A stretch of DNA of 64,000 nucleotides from Octopus bimaculoides (GCF_001194135.2 NC_068994.1:3409751-3473750), one strand, 5' to 3'. Shown: positions 48,951 to 62,534, counted from the stretch's first letter. Made by a program: numbers and translations. Notes: generated by a model not told the origin, from the letters alone.

Positions 48951-49671
48951 ATGGATCGTTCTGCAGGAATGAAGAATATTCACGATACCGTTTGTGGTTT
49001 ACAATTTCCACAGGGACACAATCTTCAAGGAAGCCAAAGAGTGGCACCAATGAGTGAATGTTTAATGTTTCATGGCGCTATTTCCGGTAAACATTTCCCA
49101 CAAGAGCACAGCATGCAGTCTCAGAGAGTTCCTTACATCACGACAGATACCGTCTTCCCAACCAATATCTACTCAGGCAAACAGATGTTTACCAGTCAAC
49201 CCTGCTATCTGCCAGCAACTACTTTGACCAGTGTTGATAGATCAGAAGATGACCGTTCGGTCCATAACACAGGGACAGGCAGTAGCGGTGGGGGTGGTGA
49301 TCACAATCAGTCTACAACATCAGCATCTCCGCCTCTGCCTTCTTCAAAGCATCATCAGCAGCAGCCACAGCAGCAAGTACAACAGCAACAACATCATCAT
49401 CATCAACAACAACAACAGCATCATCATCATCATAGCCAACAGCAACAGCAAAACCAGTTGCATAAATCAGCTGCTAGCAACTCTGATAAATCTGGTTCAT
49501 CGTATCAAAGTTGTTGTTCCAATGCCAACTGTTGTCAGCAGAGGAAGAGTTCGCAACAGATGCAGCCACAGACTGCGTGCAAGACACCTTCTCCAATGAA
49601 TCACCAGACACATCAACATCAACAACAACAGCAGCAACAACAACAACTTCATAACCAGCCACGACAACAGC

Positions 49672-49711
<40 letters not shown>

Positions 49712-50789
49712 GCAGGCTGTTAAACCTCGTCAAAAACAACTGTTCTGTGACTTTTGTGGGAAAGAGTTTGCACAGGAATATCTTATGCAAATGCACCGAA
49801 GAACACATACTGGCGAAAGACCGTTCCAGTGTGAAATCTGTTTGAAGCAGTTTGCCCGTCGAGACACTTTGAGGATTCATTTGAGAACACACACAGGAGA
49901 GAAACCGTTTCAGTGTGACGTTTGCTTCAAACAGTTTGCCCAAAAAGAATACTTAGTGGTCCACAAGAGGTCACACACAGGAGAGAAACCTTTCCAATGT
50001 GACTTCTGCATTCAGAAATTTGCTCGCCGTGACACATTACAAATTCACCGTCGAATGCACACAGGGGAGAAACCGTTTCAGTGCACGTATTGTACGAAGC
50101 AGTTTACACAGCAGAGTAAACTGCAGGTTCATAAACGAACTCATGTTCGTCGGAAACGATTCCATTGCGACATCTGCTTGAAACTGTTTGCCCGGAAGAG
50201 TTACCTAGCAACACATAAACGCTGCCACACCGGAGAGAAACCTTTTGGCTGCGATATTTGTTTGAAGCATTTTTCTCAAAGAGATTATTTGCAGATCCAT
50301 CGCCGCATCCACACTGGAGATCGGCCATATAAATGTGAGGTGTGCTTTAAGCAGTTTGTTCGTCAAGACACTCTCAAGATTCACCATCGTACTCACACTC
50401 GGGAGAAGCCATACGGCTGTGATATCTGCTTAAAAAACTTCGCCCACCGGCATTACCTGGCCATCCACCGCCGGTCTCACACAGGCGAGCGCCCATACCA
50501 ATGTGAATTTTGTCTGCTCCAGTTTGCTCGACGAGATAAGCTCCTTGTACACCGCAGGTCTCATACAGGGGAGAAACCTTTCCAGTGTAACAACTGTGAC
50601 CTGAAGTTTGCCAGTCCTGATGAGCTGAGACATCACAAGAAGTCTCATGGTCCTACGACTGTCTCCATGGATTCAGGAAGCTTTAACAGTGCTAACGTCA
50701 ACCACCAACACCATCATCATCACCATCACATTCATCAACATCAACAACCACAGCAGCAGCAGCAGCAGCAACAACAACATATTTCTTAA
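48951..50789 (+). CDS. C2H2 zinc-finger protein ZNF4, 612 aa (11 tandem fingers; polyQ/polyH tracts)
   Basis: Intact ORF. Acceptor atccctAG at 48937-48938 just upstream of the ATG. Eleven CxxC...HxxxH fingers, mostly TGEKP/TGERP-linked. Confidence 0.95.
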
Positions 50790-53714
50790 ATATCGACCCT
50801 GGCAACAATGCCAGCCTTTCCAACATCATCTCTATCAATTATTTCTCTTCTCATTTGCAATATGCTAATTTATTCTTCCCATGATGTCTCTCTTCTCCAA
50901 TGTAACCAGCTACACATCTTACCAACTCTCCCATTCTCAAATACATACATACACACACACTCAACTCCGACTATTACTCTTTAATATGTACACACATCCC
51001 ATCTATCATGGCAATCTCTCTCTCTCTCAAGCATTTACATTCTCAAATAGAAGACACATTCACTCCCATCTCAGTAAATTCACTGTGGGCCCCTGATTAA
51101 ACTTTACACTCTACAATATGTTCATTGTGACCCTTACATTACTGACATATATCTCACATTTGAGAAATAATATTCAAATAACACTAGAATTATTCACCAC
51201 AGGCTTGAAGGGGTAGATGCGTGGTGGCATTGATGCCCTTCTGAAACTGTTCCACAACTCATAACTGGTTTGTGAATCCAGCTCATAAAAAGTTCTTATT
51301 TAATTGATTGATCCCAACAAACTTGTCCAAGACTGGTTGAAATTGAAACAGTTGTTTGCGGGTTTGAACTCGAGTAGGCAGAGGGATTAATAAGATAAGA
51401 CAGTAGTGTTGCCCGAGAAGAAGGAATGGCTGAAGTGTTTAGTAATTCAGACATTATAAGAATGTCAGGAGAAGACCAGGGGGCAACTTGTTAGTAAAGT
51501 AAAAGTTGTGGAGTTGGTGGTAGAAGAGATGGAGAAAAGAATGGGTTTGTGGGTTTAGTTGTGTAGCATGTCCACAGGGATTTTTGGCTATCTATAGTGC
51601 TTGCATGAGAAACAGCAGCTCCACTGCAGATGGGGAAAAGGGCCTGCTGTCTCCTATCATGGCTAGCTTGTACCACATCCCAAAGGATTGAGCTGTGACT
51701 TTAAACAAGTTACTTGACTCTTCCATTTCCAAAGCAGAGGAAATGACTTATCCGATCATTTATTTCTATTAAACAACAAATAAGATTAATTTGTCCCTCA
51801 GCCAAACCCCTGCCAACCCCCCAATGCTGTTTTCCTTTTAGATCATAGCAAACTTCAAATCTTTTTTTTTTTTCTGTAAATTCTTCATCTAAGCTCAATC
51901 TTTGGGAACCATACGCCAGTGCCATAAATTTTAAGGACCACATTTTTACTTTCATCATTGGTGGTGGTGAGGTGTCACTATCAGTACCATAGACATCTAA
52001 CCACTCCCTCACTCATTGATTTAAGGTCATTACATTGGAGTTCAGTCCTTGTTCTCATTGAAACATTCAACACTGCACTCTTATGACCTTCAACAACTGA
52101 CATCGTTCTTTACATTGGAACCCCTTAGCTTAAACAGAAGCTCTCTACCAACTACTACCCCCCTCCCCCGTCTTAGTTGTGGTAACACCAATTTATTGGG
52201 ACACAGCTCTGTGGAGTGTCCCTTCCCAGTCATGATGATGATGATAATTAAGTCTGTAGCTATGCAAAATCTGTAGACACTCCCCTACTTCCCTCGCCCA
52301 TAGTTTATGTTTTTATTTCCCCCTACCCCCAGTCATATAGCCCCTTCCCCCCAATAGATACCATCATATTCAGTGACCCCTATATTTGTCTGTCGTTGTT
52401 TGCTTTTGGTGCCTCACCCTATCTTGAACCCAGACAGCAGACTTTTCACTTGAACTATTTACCAGTTGGCTCAGATTCAGTTCAGAAATAAATCCAATAA
52501 AGAGGTCTAACCATGGTAAACTTACTCCTGTTGTTGTTTTTGTTATGAAGGACATTGGTCAGGGACACACACCAGGCAGAGATTATATATTTGTTGTTTT
52601 TTTTTATGGTCTGTTCAAATTTGCCCTGATGTCATCTTTGCCTTTCAGTAACCAGCTGGAAATATGTTGCAAATAACCATTACATGGACAAAACAATGCA
52701 TTTTAAGCGTTCAAACCCTAGCAAAGTTATGTCTTTCATCTATACACACAACTACCCCTCCCCCTCAAAAAAAGCAATGATGCAAAGGCATTAGTTTACT
52801 ATTTCCAGCCCTTTACTCACTCAGTCTATACCAGTGAGCAACAGATTAAATATTTTGTGGTGTTTTAGTCCCCCCTCCGCCCCTCTCAACAAAATACCAG
52901 TTGAATTTTTAGGTCCACTTTATGTTCTGTATTGAACCCCTTCTATAATCAACTTTGCAGGGGTTGATAGAATACTGAGGTAGATGTAACTGCTCCTCTA
53001 GAATGTGAACTTTTGGAATTGAAATCCTTCTGACGTCAGCCTCCCAAGAGTGGATAAAATAAAGTGCTTTTACTCTTTTCCTTAAAATCTGTGGCCTTGT
53101 CTGCTCCAATGCGAAGAGTATCTGAGATTGATTTATTGGCAATTGAGGTTACATATGATGGAGACCATGTCTTTGTTTGACTTAAATGTAGTCAATCATG
53201 GGTATAACTGATGTTTAATTGACTCTCAGTTGTTTATTGAAGAGGATGAAGGAAATGAAAGTGGGGGGGGGTGAGACTGAGGTAAGAGTGACAAGATTGG
53301 GGTGGCAAAAAATAAGTAGTGACCACAAAAAAGGGAAATATTTTGTTTATTCATTTAAAAAACAAAAATCGTTTACAACAAATCTTTAACAGATAGAAAA
53401 TTTATAACCATGATAGTAGAACCAAATTCTAACAAAAATTAACTGTGTGTGGGTGTATAAAGAGAGAGAATTTGTATTTGGTGCTCTCTAAATTCCAAAA
53501 AGATCCCCCCTCCTCTCAAATTGTTATTCTTTTATTTAATTAGAATATAATATTCAAAATAGGGACCTGCAAAAGAGAAGCCAGCAATTGTCAAAGAAAG
53601 AAATAGGTTCTGGCTTGGAAGATGGACAGAATTAAGAATCTAACAGAATTCAAGGTTACTAGGAATGGTTAAGACTTGGTGTTGGTCAGTTCTGGCTGTA
53701 CATTCCGGACTGTT

Positions 53715-53884
53715 CTAATGACCAACAATCTCATTAAGTGTGTGAGCGATAATATCTGTACACTTGTGTAGCTCGGATTCTGTGATCACCAACGGAGGGG
53801 AAAATCTGATGATATCACCATGAGTAGGTTTGGCAAGGAGGCCGTATTCTCTGAGCTTCAGGCAGACGTCCCAGGCATCGTATT
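53715..53884 (-). CDS. OAT: OAT terminal coding exon ([32 protein letters not shown]...VGH*), not in the ORF track
   Basis: Translated by hand. ctcttctAG| acceptor, TAG at 53717-53715, AATAAA on the minus strand at 53536-53531. Confidence 0.93.
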
Positions 53885-56800
53885 CTAGAAGAGAACAGAG
53901 TTGGAAACATGAAACATAATTGTCATAATGGTGATAGTGGGGGACTGAGTAGTTTGAAGGATTGGGTTGACAGTGGTTGACTAGCCATATCAGGCCAAAG
54001 TATACTATTTTATGTTCAACCTAGCCAAATCTGACCTCTTACACATACTCTACAATGTCATTCTAAACAAATCAATCATATCATTAAAATCTTGAAGTTA
54101 TAACCTAATGCATAATTAATTCAAAACACCTTTAAACCGAGTGAGGAGAACCTTCTTTCGTACCAGGAACGGATTGTGTGTGAAAAATAATGAATCTTAA
54201 AGACATAACTTATATTTCCCTCGCTTTTTTCATGTCAGTGGGCAGCATTAAATTAATTGTCCAATTTATGATGGAATGATTTCCAAGTCGCCATCTCCCA
54301 CTAATTTGATCCAAGTGGAGATAATCTACACCTAATTACTGCAAAATATGCGGAGTTATGCTCCTGTTGTGTGCATGTTTAGCCTTCAGTAAAAACACTG
54401 ATCAAGCAGACCTATGGTCAAAAGTGTTCCAGCCTTAATAATCCTATCTTTTGGGGGATATCATATATAGGAGTACAATGTCCAAATTATCTATATTTTA
54501 AGAAAGTAGGATGTATTTTGAGGGAGATTTAGCTACTGTATCTAACATCAAATGACCATGCAGGCTACCTCAGTGTCACTGGTAGCAAGGGAGACATTTT
54601 ACTGAATATTTTCTTTTACTGGTTTAATTAGAGGATCAGGAAGGAGTTATCTACCTTTAGGCGAAAAACTGTTGAGGAGCAGTGAGAATAGGGGAATGGT
54701 AGGAGTGTCCAGTACGAAACAGTTTTGTTGTTTAGATTCAGATTGATTCAACAAGCAATAGAAGATGCTCCAGTCTAGTAATGGAAGCCCGTCTATCATA
54801 GCTTGGGTCAACTTGAGGCAACAGTAAAACACACTAGCCCCAAGTGTCACTCAGTGGGGTCAAATCGAGTTCTCTTGATTGCAAAGCAAACTTATGAACC
54901 AATTTGGCCAGGCTGTGTCAATACCCTCTCCTGCCTACTCCCAGTAATACAACATAACATCTACTGAACAGCTACATACATATTGTAGATATATATATAT
55001 ATATATGAGGTCTGACCAAAAACTATCAGGACTGCTGCTATAAAAAAAGAAAACTACAACTCGTATCGATTCAGCATTTAATCTCCTTCAAAGCAATCTC
55101 CTTCTGAAGTCACACTTGATCCAGCATTGTTTTCATCGATGGAAGCATTCCTGGAACTCCTTTTGGGGGGATAGCAAGCAGCTGCCTTGTCGTATTCTCT
55201 TGGATCTCCTCAATGTCTTGAAATCTTGTTGGGGTCTCTCACTGCAAAGACCGAGCTTTGGTTTCACGATCATAGCCATAGACCCAGGATTCGTCACCTG
55301 TTATAACTGCTTGCAAACAGGTTTCCTCTTCCTCAACACAATCAAGAAGTTCATGAGCAGCTGAAAACCTGATCTTCTTTTTGAGACAACCACATTTGAC
55401 ACACTTTACTTTCAACCACTGTTATGAACAAAGAAAGAAAGCAAGAACGTTAGAGTTCCAAGTCAAGCTGTGCCAAGCAGCTTCTCTTTGTGTACTTTAG
55501 CTCCGTTACTGTAACAACAGTCCCGATATTTTTGATCAGAACTCATATATAGATGTGTGTGCATATATATATGTATGTATGTATACTTACTAGCATCGAT
55601 GACAATGGCATTGAGTAGACCTTTGCCTCGTACAGTCTTAACAAGGGAGGACGGAAGTTTGGACAGTTCCGCACGTAAGATGTGTCCCATCTTCTCAGAG
55701 TTCTCTACCAACATTTCATCTTTGATCACATCCATTGCTGCTATAGCAACTTGACAGGCAAGAGGATTCCCACCAAACGTAGAGCCATGTTCACCTGGTT
55801 GGATGGTCAACATCACCTCATCATCAGCTAGAATAGCAGACACCTGTGAAATAGAAGAAAATAGAATAACAGTGTTAGCAGCAAACGAACATTGTTGCCG
55901 GGGGGGGGGGGTTCAGTGTGAGAATGTAGTGAAACAAGTGCGTTGCTGTAAGCAAACACTGTTTCCATGAGAAGACTACCTAAAAAACAACAGTATTGTT
56001 GCAGAGTTCTATATTTAAGAGATGAGGAATTATATATATTTGTCCTCATCTTGTTTGTTGTTAACATGTTTTGGCTAATATGCCCATGGGCATGTGGCGT
56101 AGTGGTTAAGAGCGTGGGCTACTAACCCCAAGATTCAGAGTTCAATTCCAGGTAGTGACCTGAATAATAATAATAATATCAAAAAATACCTTAGGAATGA
56201 GAACCCAAGTGGAGATCGCTTATTATTTGGTTTTCTTCATAGGTAACCTAATTAGGCTTAGGCAATGCTTAGATGCTGGTGTCTACTTTTGGGAGGTTCT
56301 GTGGCATAGAGATTCTCTGAGTGTGTGTGTGTTACATATATTTAGTATAAATGAATACATGAAGGATATCGACTTACCGGCAAAACCCCACCAGACAAAG
56401 CCTTGCCCAAGATGACAATGTCAGGTCGAACATTCTCGTGATCAACAGCCAACATCCTAAAATAATGACAATAAATATTATCAATAATATTAATACGCTG
56501 ACTTTTTGTTTTTGTTCATACTTGTTGTGTGCATCACACTTACTTCAATGAAGTGACAAAGTGAGAGAAGAGGACAGAGAGGAAGTAAGAGAGAGAGAAA
56601 GAGAAAATGAGAGTGAAAGAGAAAGAGAAAATGAGAGTGAGAGAGAAAGAGACAGTGAGTGATGACAGCGTTTGCTTTGTGTTTTTAAATGTTTATCACA
56701 TCGCAAGAGAAGTAGATACATAGATACATTGCTGAATCAAAAGCGGGAGAGAAGAGGAACACCATGAAAGTGAAAGAAAGGAAGTAAGAGAGAGACAGTA

Positions 56801-59800
56801 GATACATAAATCCAAAGAAAAGTTAAGCCACAGAACCCATGCCGAATCAGACTGGAACCTGGTGCAGCCTTCCATCTTACCAGTTTCAATCACACCATCC
56901 AACCCATGCCAGCACGGAAAAGGGAAGCTACATGATGATGATGATGATATGTATGTATATTTTGTATATCTAGCCCAAGCAGTTTTATTTGTTTAATTAA
57001 ATCATTCTACACACACGCATGTGTGTGTGTGGTTTATTATATAAGGATACGTACCTTCCAGTTCTAGCTATTCCTGTCTGTACTTCATCAGCAATCCACA
57101 ACACATTGTATTTATCACAGAGCTTTCGGACTCCCTGCAGGTAACCTTCATGGGGTACAACCACCCCAGCTTCACCCTGAATAGGTTCCATCATAAAGGC
57201 ACAAGTATTTGGGTCTTTGATATGCTCCTGGAAATAATAATAGGAAAAAGGGGCCCAAGATAAAGAGATGTTTCTATATAGAGCTGTTGTATAGAGTGGA
57301 GAATAGGGATCATAAGGAGGATAAATTAAGGATCTTGTAAGTAAAGAGATTAAGGGAACTAGCAAAATAAGGGGTACTAATGAGTAAACTGATTAAGGGA
57401 TAGCTAGTTAACAAATTAAGATGACTAATGAGTAAAGAAATTATTGATAAGTAAACAACTTAAGGGACATGTCTATAAAATGAATTGGATTGATTAGAAA
57501 AACAGATTAATGGGAAGGGCAAATAAAAAAATTTAGGGGCTTGAACAAATAGATTAAAGTTTTACCTCGAGGGCAGCTAAATCATTATATGGGGCAATGG
57601 AGAAACCAGGCATGTATGGTCCAAACCCATCATAACTGCTGGGGTCAGTTGAAGAAGAGATAGCAGCAAGAGTACGGCCCCAAAAGTTGCCTTCAGCAAA
57701 TACAATTTTTGCCTTGTTATCAGGTATCTTTTTCACTTTGTAGCCCCATTTCCGAGCCAACTTACAAGCAGTTTCACCACCTTCAACACCTGTAAAAAAC
57801 ATGAAGTAAGAAAAATATATGAAGGCAGGTGTTGTTTATTAATTTTCAAAGAAATTATCACGTGTAGCTCAATCAAGTCCATCACAAACAGGTTCGTTTA
57901 CATTCTACTGTGAACAGGGTCTACAACAACCCTTAACATCAAATTCTTCTGTCAATAAGATCCACAACATGGATCCAGTGCGTAAGGCCGAGCCAGACGT
58001 GGTAAGATGTTGAATTGAGTGATCCAGGGAGAAGAAATGGCAAGAGACCAAAGTTTGGTATCCAAGTCAGGTGATAGTAGTGTGAAGATGTTACATGAAT
58101 TGGTCAGTTAAACAGTGATTGGTGTAGCCAATGGTTTGACTTATATATACAAGGTAAGAGAAGATATGAGTGGAGATGCAGGTGAAAGGGTCAGAAATAG
58201 AGAAGATGTGGTACTTGGGTCCTGTAAGGGATGAGGTGTTGGTGAGGCATGGAAACATATTGTAAAGGAGCTGGGAACAAAGGGAGAATCCAGGAAAGGA
58301 TTTATAGCCAGTAGGTCAGAAGGAATGTTATATTGGAGATGCTGATGTTGAGGATGTGCATGAGGTGGTCGATAGAGAGATAGGGGTGGTTTCTAGAAAG
58401 ATAATGGAGGTTTCTGAGATGACTGTAAATGTATGTATATGTATATACAGTCATGTTGGTGCCATATAAAAAGCACCCAGTCCACTCTATGAAGCGCTTG
58501 GTGTTAGGAAGGGCATCCAGGCATAGAAACCAAGCCAAAACAGACAATTGGAGCCTGGTGCAGCCCTTCAGTTTCCCAGCTCCTGTGCAAGCTGTCCATC
58601 CCATGCCAGCATAAAAACAGATGTTAAATGATGATGATGATGATAATGACAAATGCAAATATACAGACACATACGTGTACATGTATACACAAACACAGAA
58701 AGGCTTCTTTCAGTGTTCATCTACCAAATTCACTCACAAAGCGTTGGTTAGCCCAAGGCTACAATAGAAGACACTTGCTCAAGGTGCCATGCAGTGGGGT
58801 TGAACCTTAAACAACATGGCTGGGAATCTTTGTCAGACAATCACACCTGGCTACTCCACCTGTAGAGTAACTAAAATAGTGGATGGATGACTTACCTGTG
58901 TTCATAGGTAGCACCTTGTCGTAGTTAAACAGTTTTGTCATGTATTCTTCATAATTTCCAAGGACGTTATTGTGGAAGGCACGAGACGTGAGAGTCAAAA
59001 TATCTGCCTGCTGTTTGAGGGCATTGATGATTTTGGGGTGACAATGGCCCTGGTTCACAGCACTGTATGCACTCAGAAAGTCAAAGTATTTGTTACCTTC
59101 CACGTCCCACACATATATACCTGTCAACAAAGTAAAAGAAAAAAATAGATAAACATTATTAGACTCAAAAAATAATTAACAACAACAACACAAGTAATAT
59201 TAATACCAAAAGGTAACATTTATTTATCTCCTCTTCAAAGTGGATGTTGTGTTAGAACACGGCATACTGCAACAGTTACCACGAGAGAATCTCTCATATT
59301 GGTTTTCAGTGCATATGAGCACTCTTTTTTGCATCACTAGCAGGGAGAGAAATCACCTGCCATCACCAATGCCAAGACTACCAGATCACATGATTTTAGC
59401 CTTGCCAATGGTAGACACCTGAATGCTGGAGATAGCAGTGACATCTCTGCAAGCTATATACATAGAATCACAGTGACACCCACACATCCCTACAACGTCA
59501 CAAAAGGTTTGCACTTTGGTCTTCGTGTCGTATTTTTAGAGCAAACCAAGCAGAGAAGATTCATTCATGGTTAGCCCAGTTGGAAAAGCAAAAGGATGGT
59601 GGTGAAAAGGAGTCAGGATGTACCCTCAATTTCCAGGAAAGGTCAAATGGAGGTGCTGATGTTGAGGATGTGCTTGAAGTGGTCGACAGAGAGATAGGGG
59701 TGATGTCTAGAAAGATAATGGAAGTTGCTTGTTGATGATAGACTGAACTTATTACTATAAGTAGTAGGCTATTCCAAGTGGACCCCGGTTGAGAACCAGT

Positions 59801-62294
59801 GACTTCCACTTTATTGTCATGGAAGAATGTAGTTAGAGAGGACCTGGCAAGAATATAAGCACATGACCATGATGATGGTGATGATGATCCCTGTAGCTGT
59901 GCCCTTTCTAGCCAAGATGAGAAATCCTTATTACTGCGACCAGATGGTGTGGTTTCCAGTTTTACAAATCCATCTTCAAAAACCCAACCCTGATCCTTTT
60001 TAAAATCCAATATGATTTCAAAGATCAATAACTTAAGAGATCAATCAGTGTCCTCCAAAAATTCAACTTCAATATTTAACTCTGATGCTTCCGCTTGACC
60101 ACTTTTCCAAACTTTGCTGCCAATCTGTTACCAAATCCATTATTATTGGGTTAAAAATAACAAAACCTAAACCAAAACAAAATATAATTTCCTGACTGGG
60201 GTAAAAGGGAGAGGGTTTTATTTGGGGAAAAACAAAACAGGGGAATTCAAACACTGACATCATGAATGGGGGGGGGGGAGAAAGGTCAAGGATATATGAC
60301 CTTTAGGGTGGGGTGAAGGGGGAATGTTGATGACATCAAACTGCTGTCAAGCAATTAACTGTTATGTAACAGATCAGTAATGGTGGAGGAGCAATGAGAA
60401 AGATTTGTAGGTCATCTTGGCAAAGTTCCTCTCAACTAACATGAAAACAGGCAAATATGTTTGTACTTGGAACTGTTACAACAACACCACCCTCTGCCAC
60501 CACCACCACCACCATCACAAGCCAATGAGGAAGCCTCGATGAGGTCATTTGATTTGTTAGAACTAGCAACCAATTCTCCTCCAAAACTCACTACCACTGT
60601 CTCAAATAAGAAAGGACACATTGGACAATGCAGTCGTAAGTGAATGAGAATAAAGGATGGGATGGTCATGGCAGGAATGCCTTTGATCATACTTCTACTA
60701 AATTAGGACTGACCTGTGATTAGACAACAATAATGACAATAACACAACTACCAAGAATAATGAGGGAAATTTGGCTGCTATTTCTAGCAGATGAATTGGC
60801 CATACAGAAGCTCCCTAATTAAGCTAACAAGTGAACCTCTAGACAGTTGTTCATCCTGCTAGAAAAAGTAACCATATATCCCTCAAAAACATCAACTGAG
60901 TGTCTTAAATAGTTGAAGGAGACATTAGATAATGAAGTCCTAGAGAAAAGGCGGGATGGGCATGACAGGATTGGATTGTTTTTCCATCATAAATCTGTTG
61001 AAACAGGATTTAACCCAAGCACTAAGCCACAGCACTCCTCAAGAAGCAAGATTAATCAACATACATCTCTCTCTCTCTCCACCCACCACCCCTTGCCCCC
61101 CTCTTTATTCCTTTCTATCTCCATCTACCATCTGCCACTCAACCTATTTGACCTCCTCCTCCATCTTTCCCTCAGTCCCTCCACATCCATCTCCCCCTTT
61201 CTTCTCAGATTTTCTGGTCAATATTTATTTCCTTTGTCCTTCTGATCTCCCACCACTCTCCTTCTCAACCTCCTTATTTTCCATCTCCTTCCTCTCCTCT
61301 TTCAAGATCCACCACCACCAACACCAACCANNNNNNNNNNTTAACATTAACGTGATAGCAATGACATTCATAACAAGAAGTAATTTCCCAATCAACCTGT
61401 CCCCTCTCCCCAGACAAAGCCCCACCCCCTACACACACACACACACATACCAAGTCTTCATCCATTAACACCTTCTCCCTCCCATTGGTGACAGCAGAGG
61501 AGAAGTCAGTCCAAATGTCAAAGCTATTTCCTCTCCCTGTGATTGTTTCACCTTAACCCCACTTGGAGAAATCAAACTGTAATTCCGCTAAATGTAGCAA
61601 CATGGTCATTCTTTTAAGAGATAGGGGCAGAAATGAAAGCTATGGGTCTGTTTTCCATAGGGTTGACATAGCACCTCTTCCTTGCAGTGTGTTCAGATTC
61701 CAACAGAATAAAAAGAAAGAAATATACTTACATCCATATTCACATTTATAGGCCACATATGAGATTCAGAAACTCTCAGTATAGAAGGTATTTAGCAGGG
61801 CTCAAATGATTTAAACTTCAATTCCACAGGGATTGAGTTGAGCAGATATGGAGGTAATTTTATCATATTGGATCTATGTATCTACTGTCTCTTTCACTTC
61901 CTCTGTGTCCATCCTCTCTTCCGCTTTTAATCTAACAATGTGTGTATGTATCTACTTCGCCTGCGACGGGATAAACATTTAAAAACACAAAATGAACGCT
62001 GTCACCACTCACTGTCTCTTTCACTCTCTCTCTCTATCTCTCTCTTTCTTCCTCTCTGAAACATTGAAAAACACAAAAGGAAAGCCATTACCACTCACTG
62101 TCTTTTTCACTCTCTCTGTTTCTCTCTTACTTCCACTCTGTCCTCCTGTCTCTCGCTTTGCCACTCACTTCTTTGAAGTAAGTGTGACACACACCACAGG
62201 TACGTACAAAAAAAACAAGTTAGCATATTAATATCATTGATAATCCTCCTGTATTTTGTTTTATCCAAAGTCAGGAACTTATCAGCACCCCCTA

Positions 62295-62347
<53 letters not shown>

Positions 62348-62534
62348 ACCCNNNNNNNNNNNNNNNNNNNNNNNNNNNNNNNNNNNNNNNNNNNNNNNNN
62401 NNNNNNNNNNNNNNNNNNNNNNNNNNNNNNNNNNNNNNNNNNNNNNNNNNNNNNNNNNNNNNNNNNNNNNNNNNNNNNNNNNNNNNNNNNNNNNNNNNNN
62501 NNNNNNNNNNNNNNNNNNNNNNNNNNNNNNNNNN

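Noticed and set aside
56088-56165. tRNA-like sequence (also the heads at 5204, 12528 and 23247)
   Set aside because: A/B boxes are present but there is no acceptor stem; these are SINE heads, not tRNA genes.
57300-57545. TTAAGGG-like words in OAT intron 3 resembling telomeric repeats
   Set aside because: Irregular spacing and only one exact TTAGGG; this is low-complexity intron sequence.
59561-60028. 155-aa ORF in OAT intron 1
   Set aside because: It overlaps a degenerate Penelope-related segment duplicated at about 58290-58420; no recognisable protein or splice support.
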